Source: Obrimoposthia wandeli | Taxonomy: Eukaryota | NCBI GenBank assembly: GCA_977020255.1 | Contig: CDROCS010005363.1 | Span: 1-64,000, forward strand | DNA length: 64,000 nucleotides | Reading direction: 5' to 3' | Shown here: piece after piece, positions 38,363 to 48,436 of the stretch | Position numbering within the stretch: position 1 is the stretch's first letter | Layout of the letters: each line of letters starts with the position of its first letter | Position numbers and translations under genes: made by a program | Notes under the pieces: model-generated | What the model saw: the letters and a program-made list of their open reading frames with translations, nothing else | What the model was told of the DNA's origin: nothing | Database searches by the model: none

Positions 38363-39262
38363 TTAGCCGGACATTTTCAAGCGTATTAACTGTCGAATCT
38401 TCTGGCCCATTTGTAATAACAACCTGTCTTTCAACCATGACTTTTTAGCGTTCTCAGAGAGATAGTGAGAGTACTCGTTCATTAATTCATGGCTTCTATC
38501 TAATAAATCAAAGCAATCCAAAGAATAATAATCAGGGTGCTGCTCGAACTTTTCAATTAACTGACAGATTAATTCCACAATACCTTCCAGATCAGATAAT
38601 GATTGTCCATTTTCAACCAATTCTCTTAACATCCAAGCCATCATTGCTAGCCCAACATGCATATCTTCCCAGTAGCGGAATGGTTTATTAGCGTGCTGGT
38701 GACCATCAAAATCAAATATTTGTGACCCTAGTACGGGGACTTTATTGAAACTCACACCTGCATGTGGAATATCTTGTACAAAAGGCGCAGCCAAGGTTTC
38801 TTTCGGCACTACTCCTAAGCTGCCAGCGAGTAGATAAAGACAGCGTAATTGGCCATCGTCATCCTTAGCCACGACATACATACGATCCAAATCGTTAGGT
38901 AAAAGCATCACATAGCCTTTCTGCCCATCTAAGCAATAGCCATTATTAGAGGGTGAAATACACGTTTCCATATCCCAAGGTTTTTTAATACCTTTTTCTG
39001 AAACACAAAAAGCGGCAAGTTCGTCAGCCGGACAGCTCGGATCTAAGCAGCGAATAGCATTTTGATAGCCCGCAAGAAAGGCCATACCAGGCGTTGCCGC
39101 TTGTGCGCCTAGAGATAAGGAATTATACGCAGATGAATATTGTTGAAAGCCAGTTTTTAGATGCTTACGAAACGTTTCTAAATTTGAAAATTTCAGCTGG
39201 GGGGATTCCAAGGCGTGCTGCAATACTGTCAGCACACCTGGTTTATTCGCTAGACAAAACAA
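38363..39262 (-). CDS. Acyl-CoA dehydrogenase-like protein (short form)
   Basis: AAFCVSE, LDGQKGYV, HAGVSF patterns resemble the acyl-CoA dehydrogenase middle domain. Confidence 0.55.
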   Translation of the reverse strand: MFCLANKPGVLTVLQHALESPQLKFSNLETFRKHLKTGFQQYSSAYNSLSLGAQAATPGMAFLAGYQNAIRCLDPSCPADELAAFCVSEKGIKKPWDMETCISPSNNGYCLDGQKGYVMLLPNDLDRMYVVAKDDDGQLRCLYLLAGSLGVVPKETLAAPFVQDIPHAGVSFNKVPVLGSQIFDFDGHQHANKPFRYWEDMHVGLAMMAWMLRELVENGQSLSDLEGIVELICQLIEKFEQHPDYYSLDCFDLLDRSHELMNEYSHYLSENAKKSWLKDRLLLQMGQKIRQLIRLKMSG

Positions 39263-39266
39263 TGAA

Positions 39267-40136
39267 CTAAAGAGTGCCTGTCATTGCATTTTGCATACGA
39301 TCTAAACGAATTTGAATATCTTCGATTTCCAATTTCATTTCATTAAATTGAGATTCAACTTCTGCCATAGAGCTATTCAATTTCTTACGAGTTGCATCAA
39401 TAGAACGAATCGACTGTTCATTGTTTCCAATACGCGTTTCCGTTGCCGCTGGCAATCCGTTCACAGATGATTTAACTTCCGCAAGCTTCGCTTCTAATGC
39501 TAGCTGGCTATTGGCTAAGCTAGTTTTCAACGCGGCAATACTCTTTTTATTACCAGAAATATTATTATTCGCAGAAACGACCTTTTTATCGATCCCTGCC
39601 GCTGTTTTACTATTTCCTGCCGCTGTTTTACTAATCGCTGTCGCTTTTTTATCTACTTTAGCCACTAAGGCTTTGACACCAGAAATTGATTTACTATTTT
39701 TATCAATGTTAGGTTTGTTAGTTTTATTAGTCAGATCCCAAAGCTTACGAATTTCTTTGGCGTTATCTTTTAATAAGATCTTAAGTGCACCAGCCGATAG
39801 GTTTGAATTCTCATCGGAGGCTGATAACTTGTCATTTAAAGATTCCAAGTTGCTAGAGTGGCCATTTAATATGACTTCTGCATTTTTTAACTGTGCATTA
39901 GCTTCTTGTAATTGCATGAATAAGAAACCCGCGAAACCTCCCATTGCTAAGCTTAAGAGCAGCGCAATGATAGCCACTGTTTGCTTAGCTGCTGGCGCTA
40001 CTAACTCAGGGGCTGAGGCATTAGTTTTAGCCGCACGTTGCGCAGCCAAACGACGTTGTTGCAACTGTTTTTGACGCATCGCCATGTCGTCTTGTGATGC
40101 TTGCATCTTTGGTATGGATTCTTGATCGTTTGACAT
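39267..40136 (-). CDS. Single-TM coiled-coil protein
   Basis: TM IIALLLSLAMGGFAGFLF followed by heptad-rich helix; internal 18-bp direct repeat at 39595-39633. Confidence 0.75.
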   Translation of the reverse strand: MSNDQESIPKMQASQDDMAMRQKQLQQRRLAAQRAAKTNASAPELVAPAAKQTVAIIALLLSLAMGGFAGFLFMQLQEANAQLKNAEVILNGHSSNLESLNDKLSASDENSNLSAGALKILLKDNAKEIRKLWDLTNKTNKPNIDKNSKSISGVKALVAKVDKKATAISKTAAGNSKTAAGIDKKVVSANNNISGNKKSIAALKTSLANSQLALEAKLAEVKSSVNGLPAATETRIGNNEQSIRSIDATRKKLNSSMAEVESQFNEMKLEIEDIQIRLDRMQNAMTGTL

Positions 40137-40397
40137 AGTTGCCCCCGAGTGACTGGTTCATTATTATGATTATTAATACCCTGTACTCCAAGTTCTCGTA
40201 GGTAAGCACTCTTTAACTTAGGTATTTTGTCGCGCTAGTATAGCGGATAAGGGGTTCAAACTAAAACCACACTTTTTGCATGCGTAGCAGATAACGCAGG
40301 GTGTGCTATTATTCACCCCAGATTGTGGTTGTAAGACTCGTCTCCCAATAGAAGTCTACATTTTTCCACATCGCTCAGCTAATAACGGAGAGAAAAC

Positions 40398-40979
40398 ATG
40401 GCGTTTGAATTACCAGCATTGCCTTATGCACAAGATGCATTAGAGCCACACATTTCTGCAGAAACTTTGTCATTTCATTATGGCAAGCACCACAATACTT
40501 ACGTTGTTAAGTTAAATGGTCTTATCGGCGGAACAGCTGATGAAAACAAATCTCTAGAAGAAATCGTTAAGACTTCTACTGGCGGTGTTTTCAATAACGC
40601 AGCACAAATCTGGAACCATACGTTCTACTGGAACAGCATGAGCCCTAATGGCGGCGGCGAACCAACGGGCGCTATTGCTGAAGCAATCAATGCTTCTTTC
40701 GGTTCTTTCGAAGCGCTTAAAGAAAAATTGAACGACAAAGCTGTAAACAACTTCGGCGCTAGCTGGACTTGGTTAGTACAACTAGCTGACGGTTCTTTAG
40801 ACATCGTTAATACGTCTAACGCTGGCACGCCAATCACAGAAGAAGGTGTTACACCTCTAATTACTGTTGATTTGTGGGAACACGCTTATTACATTGATTA
40901 CCGCAATGTACGTCCTGATTACCTAAAAGCTTTCTGGGCTTTAGTTAACTGGGAATTCGCTAACGCTAACCTAGCGTAA
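40398..40979 (+). CDS. sodB: Superoxide dismutase [Fe]
   Basis: [15 protein letters not shown] (Fe-type AAQ), DLWEHAYY. Confidence 0.96.
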   Translation: MAFELPALPYAQDALEPHISAETLSFHYGKHHNTYVVKLNGLIGGTADENKSLEEIVKTSTGGVFNNAAQIWNHTFYWNSMSPNGGGEPTGAIAEAINASFGSFEALKEKLNDKAVNNFGASWTWLVQLADGSLDIVNTSNAGTPITEEGVTPLITVDLWEHAYYIDYRNVRPDYLKAFWALVNWEFANANLA

Positions 40980-41006
40980 GTGATCAGTTACTATTAATAA
41001 GTAACT

Positions 41007-41036
41007 AAAAAAAAGGAGCTTCGGCTCCTTTTTTTT
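41007..41036. terminator. Intrinsic terminator after sodB
   Basis: A8-GGAGC-TTCG-GCTCC-T8. Confidence 0.9.
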
Positions 41037-41093
41037 GCTTTTTTGTCTCGCCCTGAAATAAGTTGTCATTTCTTTCTATTAGGCTGCTACATT

Positions 41094-41687
41094 ATGTCGT
41101 TACCCATTTTATTAGCCTCAAGCTCTCCTTACCGTAAACAGTTATTAGCAAAGCTACAGCTGCCTTTTAAGTCTGCCAGCCCTGATATTGATGAGTCAAT
41201 TCTAAAGGACGAAAACCCTAAGAATTATGTGCAACGTCTCGCGCTTGAAAAAGCCAAAGCATTAGCCACTGAATACCCTAATCACATCATCATCGGTAGT
41301 GATCAATGCGCTGTACTGGAACAAGAAGGACAATTAACTGTCTTGGGCAAGCCTCATACAATTGAAAATGCAATTAAACAGCTTAGCCAAGCCAGCGGGC
41401 AGTCTGTAACTTTTTTAACTGGCCTGTGTGTTTACAACAGTAAAACTCAACTGCATTCTACCGTAGTAGAGCCTTTTGTTGTTCATTTTCGGGATTTAAC
41501 TCAAGCTCAAATTGAACGTTATATTGAACAAGAGAAACCGTTGGATTGTGCGGGCAGTTTTAAATCAGAAGGTCTAGGTATTCGATTATTTAAAGCTTTA
41601 GAGGGCCGAGATCCTAATAGCCTAATCGGTCTACCTCTCATTGCTCTCGTTGACTTATTAGAGCAGCAAGGAATTCAGGTACTTTAA
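41094..41687 (+). CDS. Maf-family nucleotide pyrophosphatase (YceF type)
   Basis: LASSSPYRKQLL, IIGSDQ, LGKP, CAGSFKSEGLG, NSLIGLP. Confidence 0.92.
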   Translation: MSLPILLASSSPYRKQLLAKLQLPFKSASPDIDESILKDENPKNYVQRLALEKAKALATEYPNHIIIGSDQCAVLEQEGQLTVLGKPHTIENAIKQLSQASGQSVTFLTGLCVYNSKTQLHSTVVEPFVVHFRDLTQAQIERYIEQEKPLDCAGSFKSEGLGIRLFKALEGRDPNSLIGLPLIALVDLLEQQGIQVL

Positions 41688-41712
41688 TTATTTATTGCAG
41701 ATACACAGGCAT

Positions 41713-41740
41713 AAAAAAGACCAGAAAATCTGGCCTTTTT
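41713..41740. terminator. Terminator between maf and gspD
   Basis: AAAAAAGACCAG-aaaat-CTGGCCTTTTT imperfect hairpin. Confidence 0.65.
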
Positions 41741-41796
41741 ATCGATATAGAGTGCTCTATATGGCGTATTTCAATGTAATGTGCGTCAAAATAAAC

Positions 41797-43701
41797 TTAG
41801 TTACCTTGCTGAACACCTTTAAATAAACGATTCATTCGCTGATCAACAGAATCCACATTGACGTCACCTGACATTTCGAACTCCCAAATACCATTATATT
41901 TATCATGAGTTAATGCCAAGGCTTTCTGCTTATCTAAAACAATTGTTGGGCGTAGAAAAACCATTAAATTACGCTTTACATGCTTTGTACTCTTACTCTT
42001 GAATAACCAACCTAATAACGGTATGTCACCTAAGATTGGAACCTTACTTTCAGTTTCGGTAATGTCATCACTAATCAATCCACCCAAAACAATCGTCTCT
42101 TGATCGGCCGCTAAAATCATTGTTTTCAATGAACGCTTATTGGTGATTAAGTCTGCTTGCCCTTGCACCGTGGTATTGGCTACAGATTCTGCGCTGACTT
42201 CAACTTCTAAGCGGACTTCATTACCTTCATGAATATGCGGCTTAATTTTCAGAGTTACCCCAATATCTTCACGCGAGATTGTAGTAAACGGATTACTGTT
42301 TGCGCTGGATGATGTAGAGCCCGTTAAGAAAGGAACGTTTTGACCGACAATAATTTCTGCTTCTTGGTTATCAAGGGTCATGATGCTTGGAGTCGATAGT
42401 AAGTTGGTATTACTCTGGCTTTCTAATGCTTGTATTATCACGCCAAAATCAACTTGACCATTGGTTTGTTTAAACCCGCCTAACGTTAAACCATTGCCTA
42501 AGCTCGGTGTTCCTGCGGCGATGCCTGTTGCAATCGATGATAAAGACTGGCCAGCATTGCCAAAATTAGTTCCCGCAACCGGATTATCGGTATCACCAAC
42601 AGCCCACTGAAAACCTAATGAGTCAGTGACATCGCCGGTTACTTCAACAATCGCAGATTCAATTAAGACCTGAGCACGTCTAACATCAAGCTCATGTATG
42701 ATTTCGCCGATCTCTTTTAGAATTGAAGGTTCTGCTCGAACAACCAGTGCATTTAATTCTTCGTCTGCGTGTATGCTCGCTTTGCCCTTAGCCTTATTCG
42801 CATCTTTGCCACCTGAATCAGATTCTGACATAACACCTTTCAATAATTCGGCTAACTTCTTGGCATCGGCGTATTTCAAACGAATAACTTTTGCGCTGCC
42901 TGAAAAATAGGAAGGCTTATCAAGCTGTTCAATTAATTTACGAATACGCTCGCGGGAGGTTTTTTCACCCTTAATAATTAAACGGTTACTACGCTCATCA
43001 GCAACCACTCGAATACTGCCGGCACCTTTGCTCTTAGAGCCTTTGCCCTGAGCAACTCTCGTTGGATCTAGGCTTTGCAACATAGTCACGACATTACCGA
43101 CCCAAGCTTCTTTTAACTGAATAACTTCTATTTCTTCAGAGCCAGATTTATCAAGACGATCAATGATCTGTTCAATACGATTGATGTTTGAAGCATGATC
43201 AGAAATGATCAAAGCATTCGCTGATTTCACACCCGCAAGGTGTCCATATTTAGCCACCAGCGGACGTAAAATAGGCACTAGATCTAAAGCTGGGGTATTT
43301 TTAATAGTGATCACCTTAGTGATCATCTCTTGGCTTTGCTTTTTAAAATTCGTTTCTAAATCTCGACCTTGTTGCTTTACCGAGTTTTGTTGTACCACCA
43401 TAATGACATCGCCTGCAGGAACTGCTGCATAGCCATGTACTTTTAACACCGATAAAAACAACTCATAGACAGCCTCGGTATTCATAGTTTCAGTAGAAAG
43501 AACAGTTACCTTGCCCTTCACTCTGGGATCGATAACAAAACTCTTCCCAGTGATATCAGCAATTTGACCAATAAAAGCCGAAATATCTGCATCTTTAAGG
43601 TTTACTTGCCAATTCTGGTCTTCTGCATGAGCAATCATTACAGGCATACTAATGGCAATAGACATTGCCAAAAGTGCAATTTTACAAAAACGCTTAAACA
43701 C
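41797..43701 (-). CDS. gspD: Type II secretion secretin GspD
   Basis: FVIDPRVKGKV, RRAQVLIESAIVEV, NLLSTPSIMTLDNQEA, KVPILGDIP, KRNLMVFLRP. Confidence 0.97.
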   Translation of the reverse strand: MFKRFCKIALLAMSIAISMPVMIAHAEDQNWQVNLKDADISAFIGQIADITGKSFVIDPRVKGKVTVLSTETMNTEAVYELFLSVLKVHGYAAVPAGDVIMVVQQNSVKQQGRDLETNFKKQSQEMITKVITIKNTPALDLVPILRPLVAKYGHLAGVKSANALIISDHASNINRIEQIIDRLDKSGSEEIEVIQLKEAWVGNVVTMLQSLDPTRVAQGKGSKSKGAGSIRVVADERSNRLIIKGEKTSRERIRKLIEQLDKPSYFSGSAKVIRLKYADAKKLAELLKGVMSESDSGGKDANKAKGKASIHADEELNALVVRAEPSILKEIGEIIHELDVRRAQVLIESAIVEVTGDVTDSLGFQWAVGDTDNPVAGTNFGNAGQSLSSIATGIAAGTPSLGNGLTLGGFKQTNGQVDFGVIIQALESQSNTNLLSTPSIMTLDNQEAEIIVGQNVPFLTGSTSSSANSNPFTTISREDIGVTLKIKPHIHEGNEVRLEVEVSAESVANTTVQGQADLITNKRSLKTMILAADQETIVLGGLISDDITETESKVPILGDIPLLGWLFKSKSTKHVKRNLMVFLRPTIVLDKQKALALTHDKYNGIWEFEMSGDVNVDSVDQRMNRLFKGVQQGN

Positions 43702-43712
43702 CGATCAAGTCC

Positions 43713-44582
43713 TTATTTAATGGTATGGTTAACGACAAAACGACGATTACCACGCTGAATTTCCAAGCGTGCCTGACCACTATTAGTCACTTGCTCTAAT
43801 AGCATTTGGTCATCATCTAAATTGCCCAATGTCTGTCCATTGACAGATAAAATAATATCTCCTGGCTGTAAACCTAATTGAGTCAACATAGAACCAGAAT
43901 TTGAAACTTTATAGCCCGAGCCATTTTCAGACGTTTCTAATCCAAGCTGCTTTAATGCGCCAGCCGGATTATTCGACACTTCATCTCGTAACAAGGCCAC
44001 CGCATCTGATGCGTTACGAACCTTTTTAAAACGATCTTTTAAACTACCCCGGCTTTGTGCTCTTCGTTGTGCCGCCGTTGGCTTAGTTGACTTTTGTATA
44101 CCTTGTTTACGACCAAGATCAAACTTTAAAGTCTCTAGTTTGCCATTACTATCCAAGATCACTTTATCTTGATGAACGGCCGCCAACTTAGTTCGCCCTT
44201 GAACAACATCCCCTACTCGGTAGTTCTCACCTGCTCCGCCTTTAGGCGCAATAATCGCGCTGGAATTTTCTGTCTTGCTGGCCGCCATGACGCCCAATAG
44301 CTCTAGGCGTAATCGTGTTTTCGGTGCATTAACTTCTTTAGGTACTTCAGCCAACTCAACCGCAGCATCACCAAAAATATGCAAATCGGCAATACTACTG
44401 TTTTGCGCTACAACTGCTCCGCCTTTGGCTTTGCTAGGCTCTGATAATACCAAGGTTTTTGGCGATAATATCATCCAAGTAAAAATAGCTAACTGACTAG
44501 CGATTAATACGGTAAATATTAACTTGCCGAGCACAAGGCTCACTCTCTGCCAAGGCAAAATAACGATTGTTTGTTCAGTCAC
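43713..44582 (-). CDS. gspC: Type II secretion protein GspC with PDZ domain
   Basis: N-terminal TM, APKTRLRLELLGV HR domain, GLQPGDIILSVNG PDZ. Confidence 0.9.
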   Translation of the reverse strand: MTEQTIVILPWQRVSLVLGKLIFTVLIASQLAIFTWMILSPKTLVLSEPSKAKGGAVVAQNSSIADLHIFGDAAVELAEVPKEVNAPKTRLRLELLGVMAASKTENSSAIIAPKGGAGENYRVGDVVQGRTKLAAVHQDKVILDSNGKLETLKFDLGRKQGIQKSTKPTAAQRRAQSRGSLKDRFKKVRNASDAVALLRDEVSNNPAGALKQLGLETSENGSGYKVSNSGSMLTQLGLQPGDIILSVNGQTLGNLDDDQMLLEQVTNSGQARLEIQRGNRRFVVNHTIK

Positions 44583-44652
44583 GTTTCACCTCTAACAAAT
44601 TCCCTATTCAACACATTACTACCTGTCGCTTCATGTTCTTTTGCGCTTAATT

Positions 44653-45420
44653 TCACAATAACTTCTGTGAAACTTCAAAAATCACAGCCTCTTCATCGAC
44701 ATCTGCCGGCCACTTTTGCCCTAGTATATCCAAGAAACGACGTCGAATAGCAATGCCACTCCAGCCATCTGGCTGAATATATCCATTACCTATGTTTTGG
44801 CCATCGGTATTCGTAATTTCTAATTCTACATTTTTACTTGGCTTACTAATTAGTCCCACTAGAATCGGCAAAGTTGCATTTATTCTTTTGCCATCAATAG
44901 GGAAGCTAACATCACCGCCATTAAACAACGCTCGCCCGTCAGTACTTAAAATTTGCTTATCTTTAAGTGAGAAAACAGCGTTAAATTTATTGACTTCAAA
45001 ATCTCCCGTTAAGGAAGATTTTCCTTGGCGTAATAGAGGCGTCAAATAACGCGAAGACATAAATGCTTCACTCTCTATCACTTCAATTTGATCAGTATTG
45101 CCTCGAACAAGCCCTTTGAACTTAAGTTCTTCGCCTGAAAATTCGACGTTTGCAGCAAGTTGCCCCATGAACAATTCACTTAGCTGAATATCCCAGTGTC
45201 CGGTAACTTTACCCACGTTAGGGATATTGATACGAGCTTGACCTTGCCAGAGAGTACCACTGACCGAGTCAACCTGAACAGGCAAGCGCCCCAAGTGAGG
45301 TTGAGCCTTGGGCCATATATACTCTAAAGGGGCAGTGAGGCCCAAAAACACAATGAAACTGAATAGCCCAATTAACACATACCATTTAGCGGACCATACG
45401 GCGGACAAAAGTACCTTCAA
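44653..45420 (-). CDS. gspN: Type II secretion protein GspN
   Basis: N-terminal TM, VSGTLWQG motif; adjacent to gspC. Confidence 0.85.
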   Translation of the reverse strand: MKVLLSAVWSAKWYVLIGLFSFIVFLGLTAPLEYIWPKAQPHLGRLPVQVDSVSGTLWQGQARINIPNVGKVTGHWDIQLSELFMGQLAANVEFSGEELKFKGLVRGNTDQIEVIESEAFMSSRYLTPLLRQGKSSLTGDFEVNKFNAVFSLKDKQILSTDGRALFNGGDVSFPIDGKRINATLPILVGLISKPSKNVELEITNTDGQNIGNGYIQPDGWSGIAIRRRFLDILGQKWPADVDEEAVIFEVSQKLL

Positions 45421-45609
45421 AATTATCTCTTTTAATTATTTTTAACAATTAGCTAAGCATTCTACTGAATGCGAGCCAAAGTGTAATGGAGTTTTATGTC
45501 AGATTGTTAAAACAAAGACAGATTCCTTAATGAATATGTCTTTTGGCGCAATTAGTGACTTGCTTTGCAATCAGTTGTTTATTTATTGAACAGAAAGTTA
45601 GTTTAATGC

Positions 45610-46989
45610 TTAAGATTTATTCAAGTCCTGCAAAATTTTTCGCTCAATCAAACCTGCTCTATCCTGGCCCCACAAAACTAAATCATCGTATTGGAATGTT
45701 GGTACACCCCAAGAACCTAATTTAACCATCTCTTCCCTATTCTGTTCAGCCCAGACATGCCATTGCTGATCACGACCTTTTTGTTGCAAAAGTTGCTTTG
45801 CATGTTCCCAATTTAGACCTGAACGTTCAACAATTTCTTTTAGCCCTGCATCGGTATCTGAATGAATACCTTGGGCATTAACTGCTTGAGCATAATTCAG
45901 TAGATAGCTCGCTTCTTTGCCAAGTGATTGTGCATATTTGAAAAGTGAATAGCAACGATTAACGCCCTCCCCAAGAGGGTCGGCAACAAAACCATACTCA
46001 ATGTTTAATTTTTCTGCTTCACGCTTGGTATCATGAAAAATATACATCTTTTTCGTTTCTGGTACCGATAGCCCCCGCATAATCATTGGCAGCACAGGCT
46101 TAACTTCTAGAGGTAACTGATAGTGCTTAGCCAATGTTATCGCTTGCTGCAAGCCCAGATGGGAATAAGGACTGCGTATAGAAAAATAAAGCGTCAGCTT
46201 TTTAAGGTTTGAGGCTGGCGTAAGTAATGCTTTCGTTTTACAAAAATCGTTATAGGTTTTATCAAATCGTACTTCGGTATTTTGCCCTAGACCTAGCTGC
46301 AGTAAACGCTGTTCTAAATGATCTAAACGGTCAAGCCCCCAATACCACTCTCCTCCATACTTGAGCATAGCGCTCATGTAATGCCCTTGCTCAGCAAGTA
46401 TTTGCTCATTAGATAATAGCTGCTGCTCGTAAGTAGCCTCATCCATCTCAAAACTGTTCAGCTTACCGTCGAGCATTAGACTCTGAGCTAAAGCGGCAAA
46501 AGGTTGCTGAAACCAATACTGTTTAAATACAGACTCAACCGCAGCCCAATCACAGGATTTATTTTCTCTTCCTTGAGCTTCTAACCTCAATAACAACTGG
46601 CTACTTTTTTGATCCTGTTTAGAAATATCATCACTGGCTGTATTTGGAGCCAGTGCAGGCCATTCCAGCTGATACAAACCAGCCAGATGAGTTGCATCAA
46701 GAAATCCATTGTCATGCCACATCTCAGCTTCAGGATACATATCTTGTTGAAGATTTAAGATGGTTCTAAATTCCATATTCACATCAAAACGCTGCTCAAG
46801 ATCCGCTAATATTTGAACCAACAGATAACTATAGGGATCATTTATACGTAGATAAATTTCTATTTTATGTGAGCGCCCCAGTAATCTGCGCCGCACTTCC
46901 TGTAAATGGCGTTTAACTTTCAATACTTCATTACTTGAAATCAGTCGTGCAGCGTAAGGCTGAATTATTTTTTTTAGAGTTTCTTTCAT
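45610..46989 (-). CDS. Tandem DsbA-fold (HCCA isomerase/kappa-GST-like) double-domain protein
   Basis: Two homologous halves: IYLRINDPYSYL...WYWGLDRL and LYFSIRSPYSHL...WGVPTF..LWGQDR. Confidence 0.8.
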   Translation of the reverse strand: MKETLKKIIQPYAARLISSNEVLKVKRHLQEVRRRLLGRSHKIEIYLRINDPYSYLLVQILADLEQRFDVNMEFRTILNLQQDMYPEAEMWHDNGFLDATHLAGLYQLEWPALAPNTASDDISKQDQKSSQLLLRLEAQGRENKSCDWAAVESVFKQYWFQQPFAALAQSLMLDGKLNSFEMDEATYEQQLLSNEQILAEQGHYMSAMLKYGGEWYWGLDRLDHLEQRLLQLGLGQNTEVRFDKTYNDFCKTKALLTPASNLKKLTLYFSIRSPYSHLGLQQAITLAKHYQLPLEVKPVLPMIMRGLSVPETKKMYIFHDTKREAEKLNIEYGFVADPLGEGVNRCYSLFKYAQSLGKEASYLLNYAQAVNAQGIHSDTDAGLKEIVERSGLNWEHAKQLLQQKGRDQQWHVWAEQNREEMVKLGSWGVPTFQYDDLVLWGQDRAGLIERKILQDLNKS

Positions 46990-47038
46990 GCTTTATCTTT
47001 TATTATTAGCCAATGCCTACGTTTCTATTAAGTAGTCG

Positions 47039-47359
47039 TTACTTTCTGATCTCTTCAATCAAAGTTCGTTCAATCGGCAATTGAACATAACCCGTTTCAA
47101 CACTCCAGAAATAGTAATAACCAATCGCTCGCCCTTGGTCATCGCGGCCTGTCGTTATCTTTCCGTCTTTAACTGTCCACGTTTTAACCACATGACCACC
47201 ATCAACATACGATACTTTAAGATCTTCTCCCAAAATGTTATCCGCTTGGCGTGACCACTTATTCATGACTTCTTCTGTACAGGCCGTCATCATTAGCGTG
47301 CTTATTACAATCAAAGCAGCATTACGCACAGTATATGACCTAAAAAGGTATTCTTTCAT
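47039..47359 (-). CDS. Small lipoprotein, hypothetical
   Basis: Lipobox MTAC after a hydrophobic stretch. Confidence 0.7.
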   Translation of the reverse strand: MKEYLFRSYTVRNAALIVISTLMMTACTEEVMNKWSRQADNILGEDLKVSYVDGGHVVKTWTVKDGKITTGRDDQGRAIGYYYFWSVETGYVQLPIERTLIEEIRK

Positions 47360-47502
47360 CTGAAATTCTCGTATTAAATGAAGGGGTTAATAGACGTTAA
47401 ACTAACAAGATTAGGTTTCAAGTGGTAGAGTGAGTTTTGCCATCTATACTTCCACCATTAATAATTAAAAGCTGAAAGCCGACACATCTATGATGACTAT
47501 CC

Positions 47503-47817
47503 ATGAATAAACGCCCGACGAAACGCGAAATCCGCCAGCAAATGAACAGTGAGGTTGATAAATACCTTGATACAGGCGGTGAAGTGCGTGAGTTTCAACG
47601 AGGGGAAAGTGGTTTAATTAATGGTCGAATAGACGATCGCAGCAGCGGTTTTGAGCAAGGTAAGCAACAAAGAACACCGCTTTTAGAAGAACTAAAAGCG
47701 GTCGACGACCGGAAGAAACCGGCCAGCAGTACTTCCCCAATCAAAAGTAGCCGACCCAGAAAGAAAATCATCTATGATGATTTTGGAGAGCCCGTACGAG
47801 AAGTTTGGATAGAGTAA
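47503..47817 (+). CDS. Conserved hypothetical basic protein
   Basis: 104-aa ORF; YLDTGGEVRE and IIYDDFGEPVR patterns. Confidence 0.7.
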   Translation: MNKRPTKREIRQQMNSEVDKYLDTGGEVREFQRGESGLINGRIDDRSSGFEQGKQQRTPLLEELKAVDDRKKPASSTSPIKSSRPRKKIIYDDFGEPVREVWIE

Positions 47818-47832
47818 TTTACTACATCACCG

Positions 47833-48312
47833 CTACTCTAAACGCTTAAGGTTTTTCTCTCGTAATTCGCTCATATTTTTAACGCTATTAAGCTTATCGT
47901 TATAAACATCTAACCAAGTACGCGACCCCTGTACCATTTTAGCCAGATCATACATACCCAATTTCAACGCTGACAAAAATTCTTGATAGCTTTGCTCTTG
48001 CTCGATTAAGGTTTTCTTAAACGTGGCTGCTTGGCTTTCCTGATAACTGAGCGATAAAGATGCAATCGTAATTTTTTGCTCTTCCAAGTCTAAGCGAAGT
48101 GCCTGAATTATCTCGACCTGCTCTTGAAAGCTCGCACCTGAAACACCCGGTTCATCAACCCGAAGTAGCTTAAGGATCAAGACGGTAAGAGAAACCGATA
48201 GAATCACCAGCATGGTTAACGCTACGATTGTAATCACCGTACGATTTTTACCCACTTTTCCTTCGAGAAGGCTAATACGCTGTTCATCACTTAACGGTTC
48301 AACATCTGACAT
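47833..48312 (-). CDS. Single-TM coiled-coil hypothetical protein
   Basis: TM VITIVALTMLVILSVSLTVLIL followed by a helical domain. Confidence 0.7.
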   Translation of the reverse strand: MSDVEPLSDEQRISLLEGKVGKNRTVITIVALTMLVILSVSLTVLILKLLRVDEPGVSGASFQEQVEIIQALRLDLEEQKITIASLSLSYQESQAATFKKTLIEQEQSYQEFLSALKLGMYDLAKMVQGSRTWLDVYNDKLNSVKNMSELREKNLKRLE

Positions 48313-48436
48313 AAACGACTCTCTGTCCTTATCGATAAAACTGAAATATTTATCTAGTTATTTCAGTGTAGACAGTAATGACAGATTCGAACAACTTGAC
48401 AGTAAATGAGTCGCTTAAACAGTACATTCTAATGAA

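Noticed and set aside
39595-39633. 18-bp direct repeat (SKTAAG x2) in the coiled-coil gene
   Set aside because: Simple one-heptad slippage duplication with no evidence of special function.
40156-40180. Fur-box-like ATAAT repeats between the coiled-coil gene and sodB
   Set aside because: Only two hexamers match and the inverted third is missing; AT-rich background makes chance likely.
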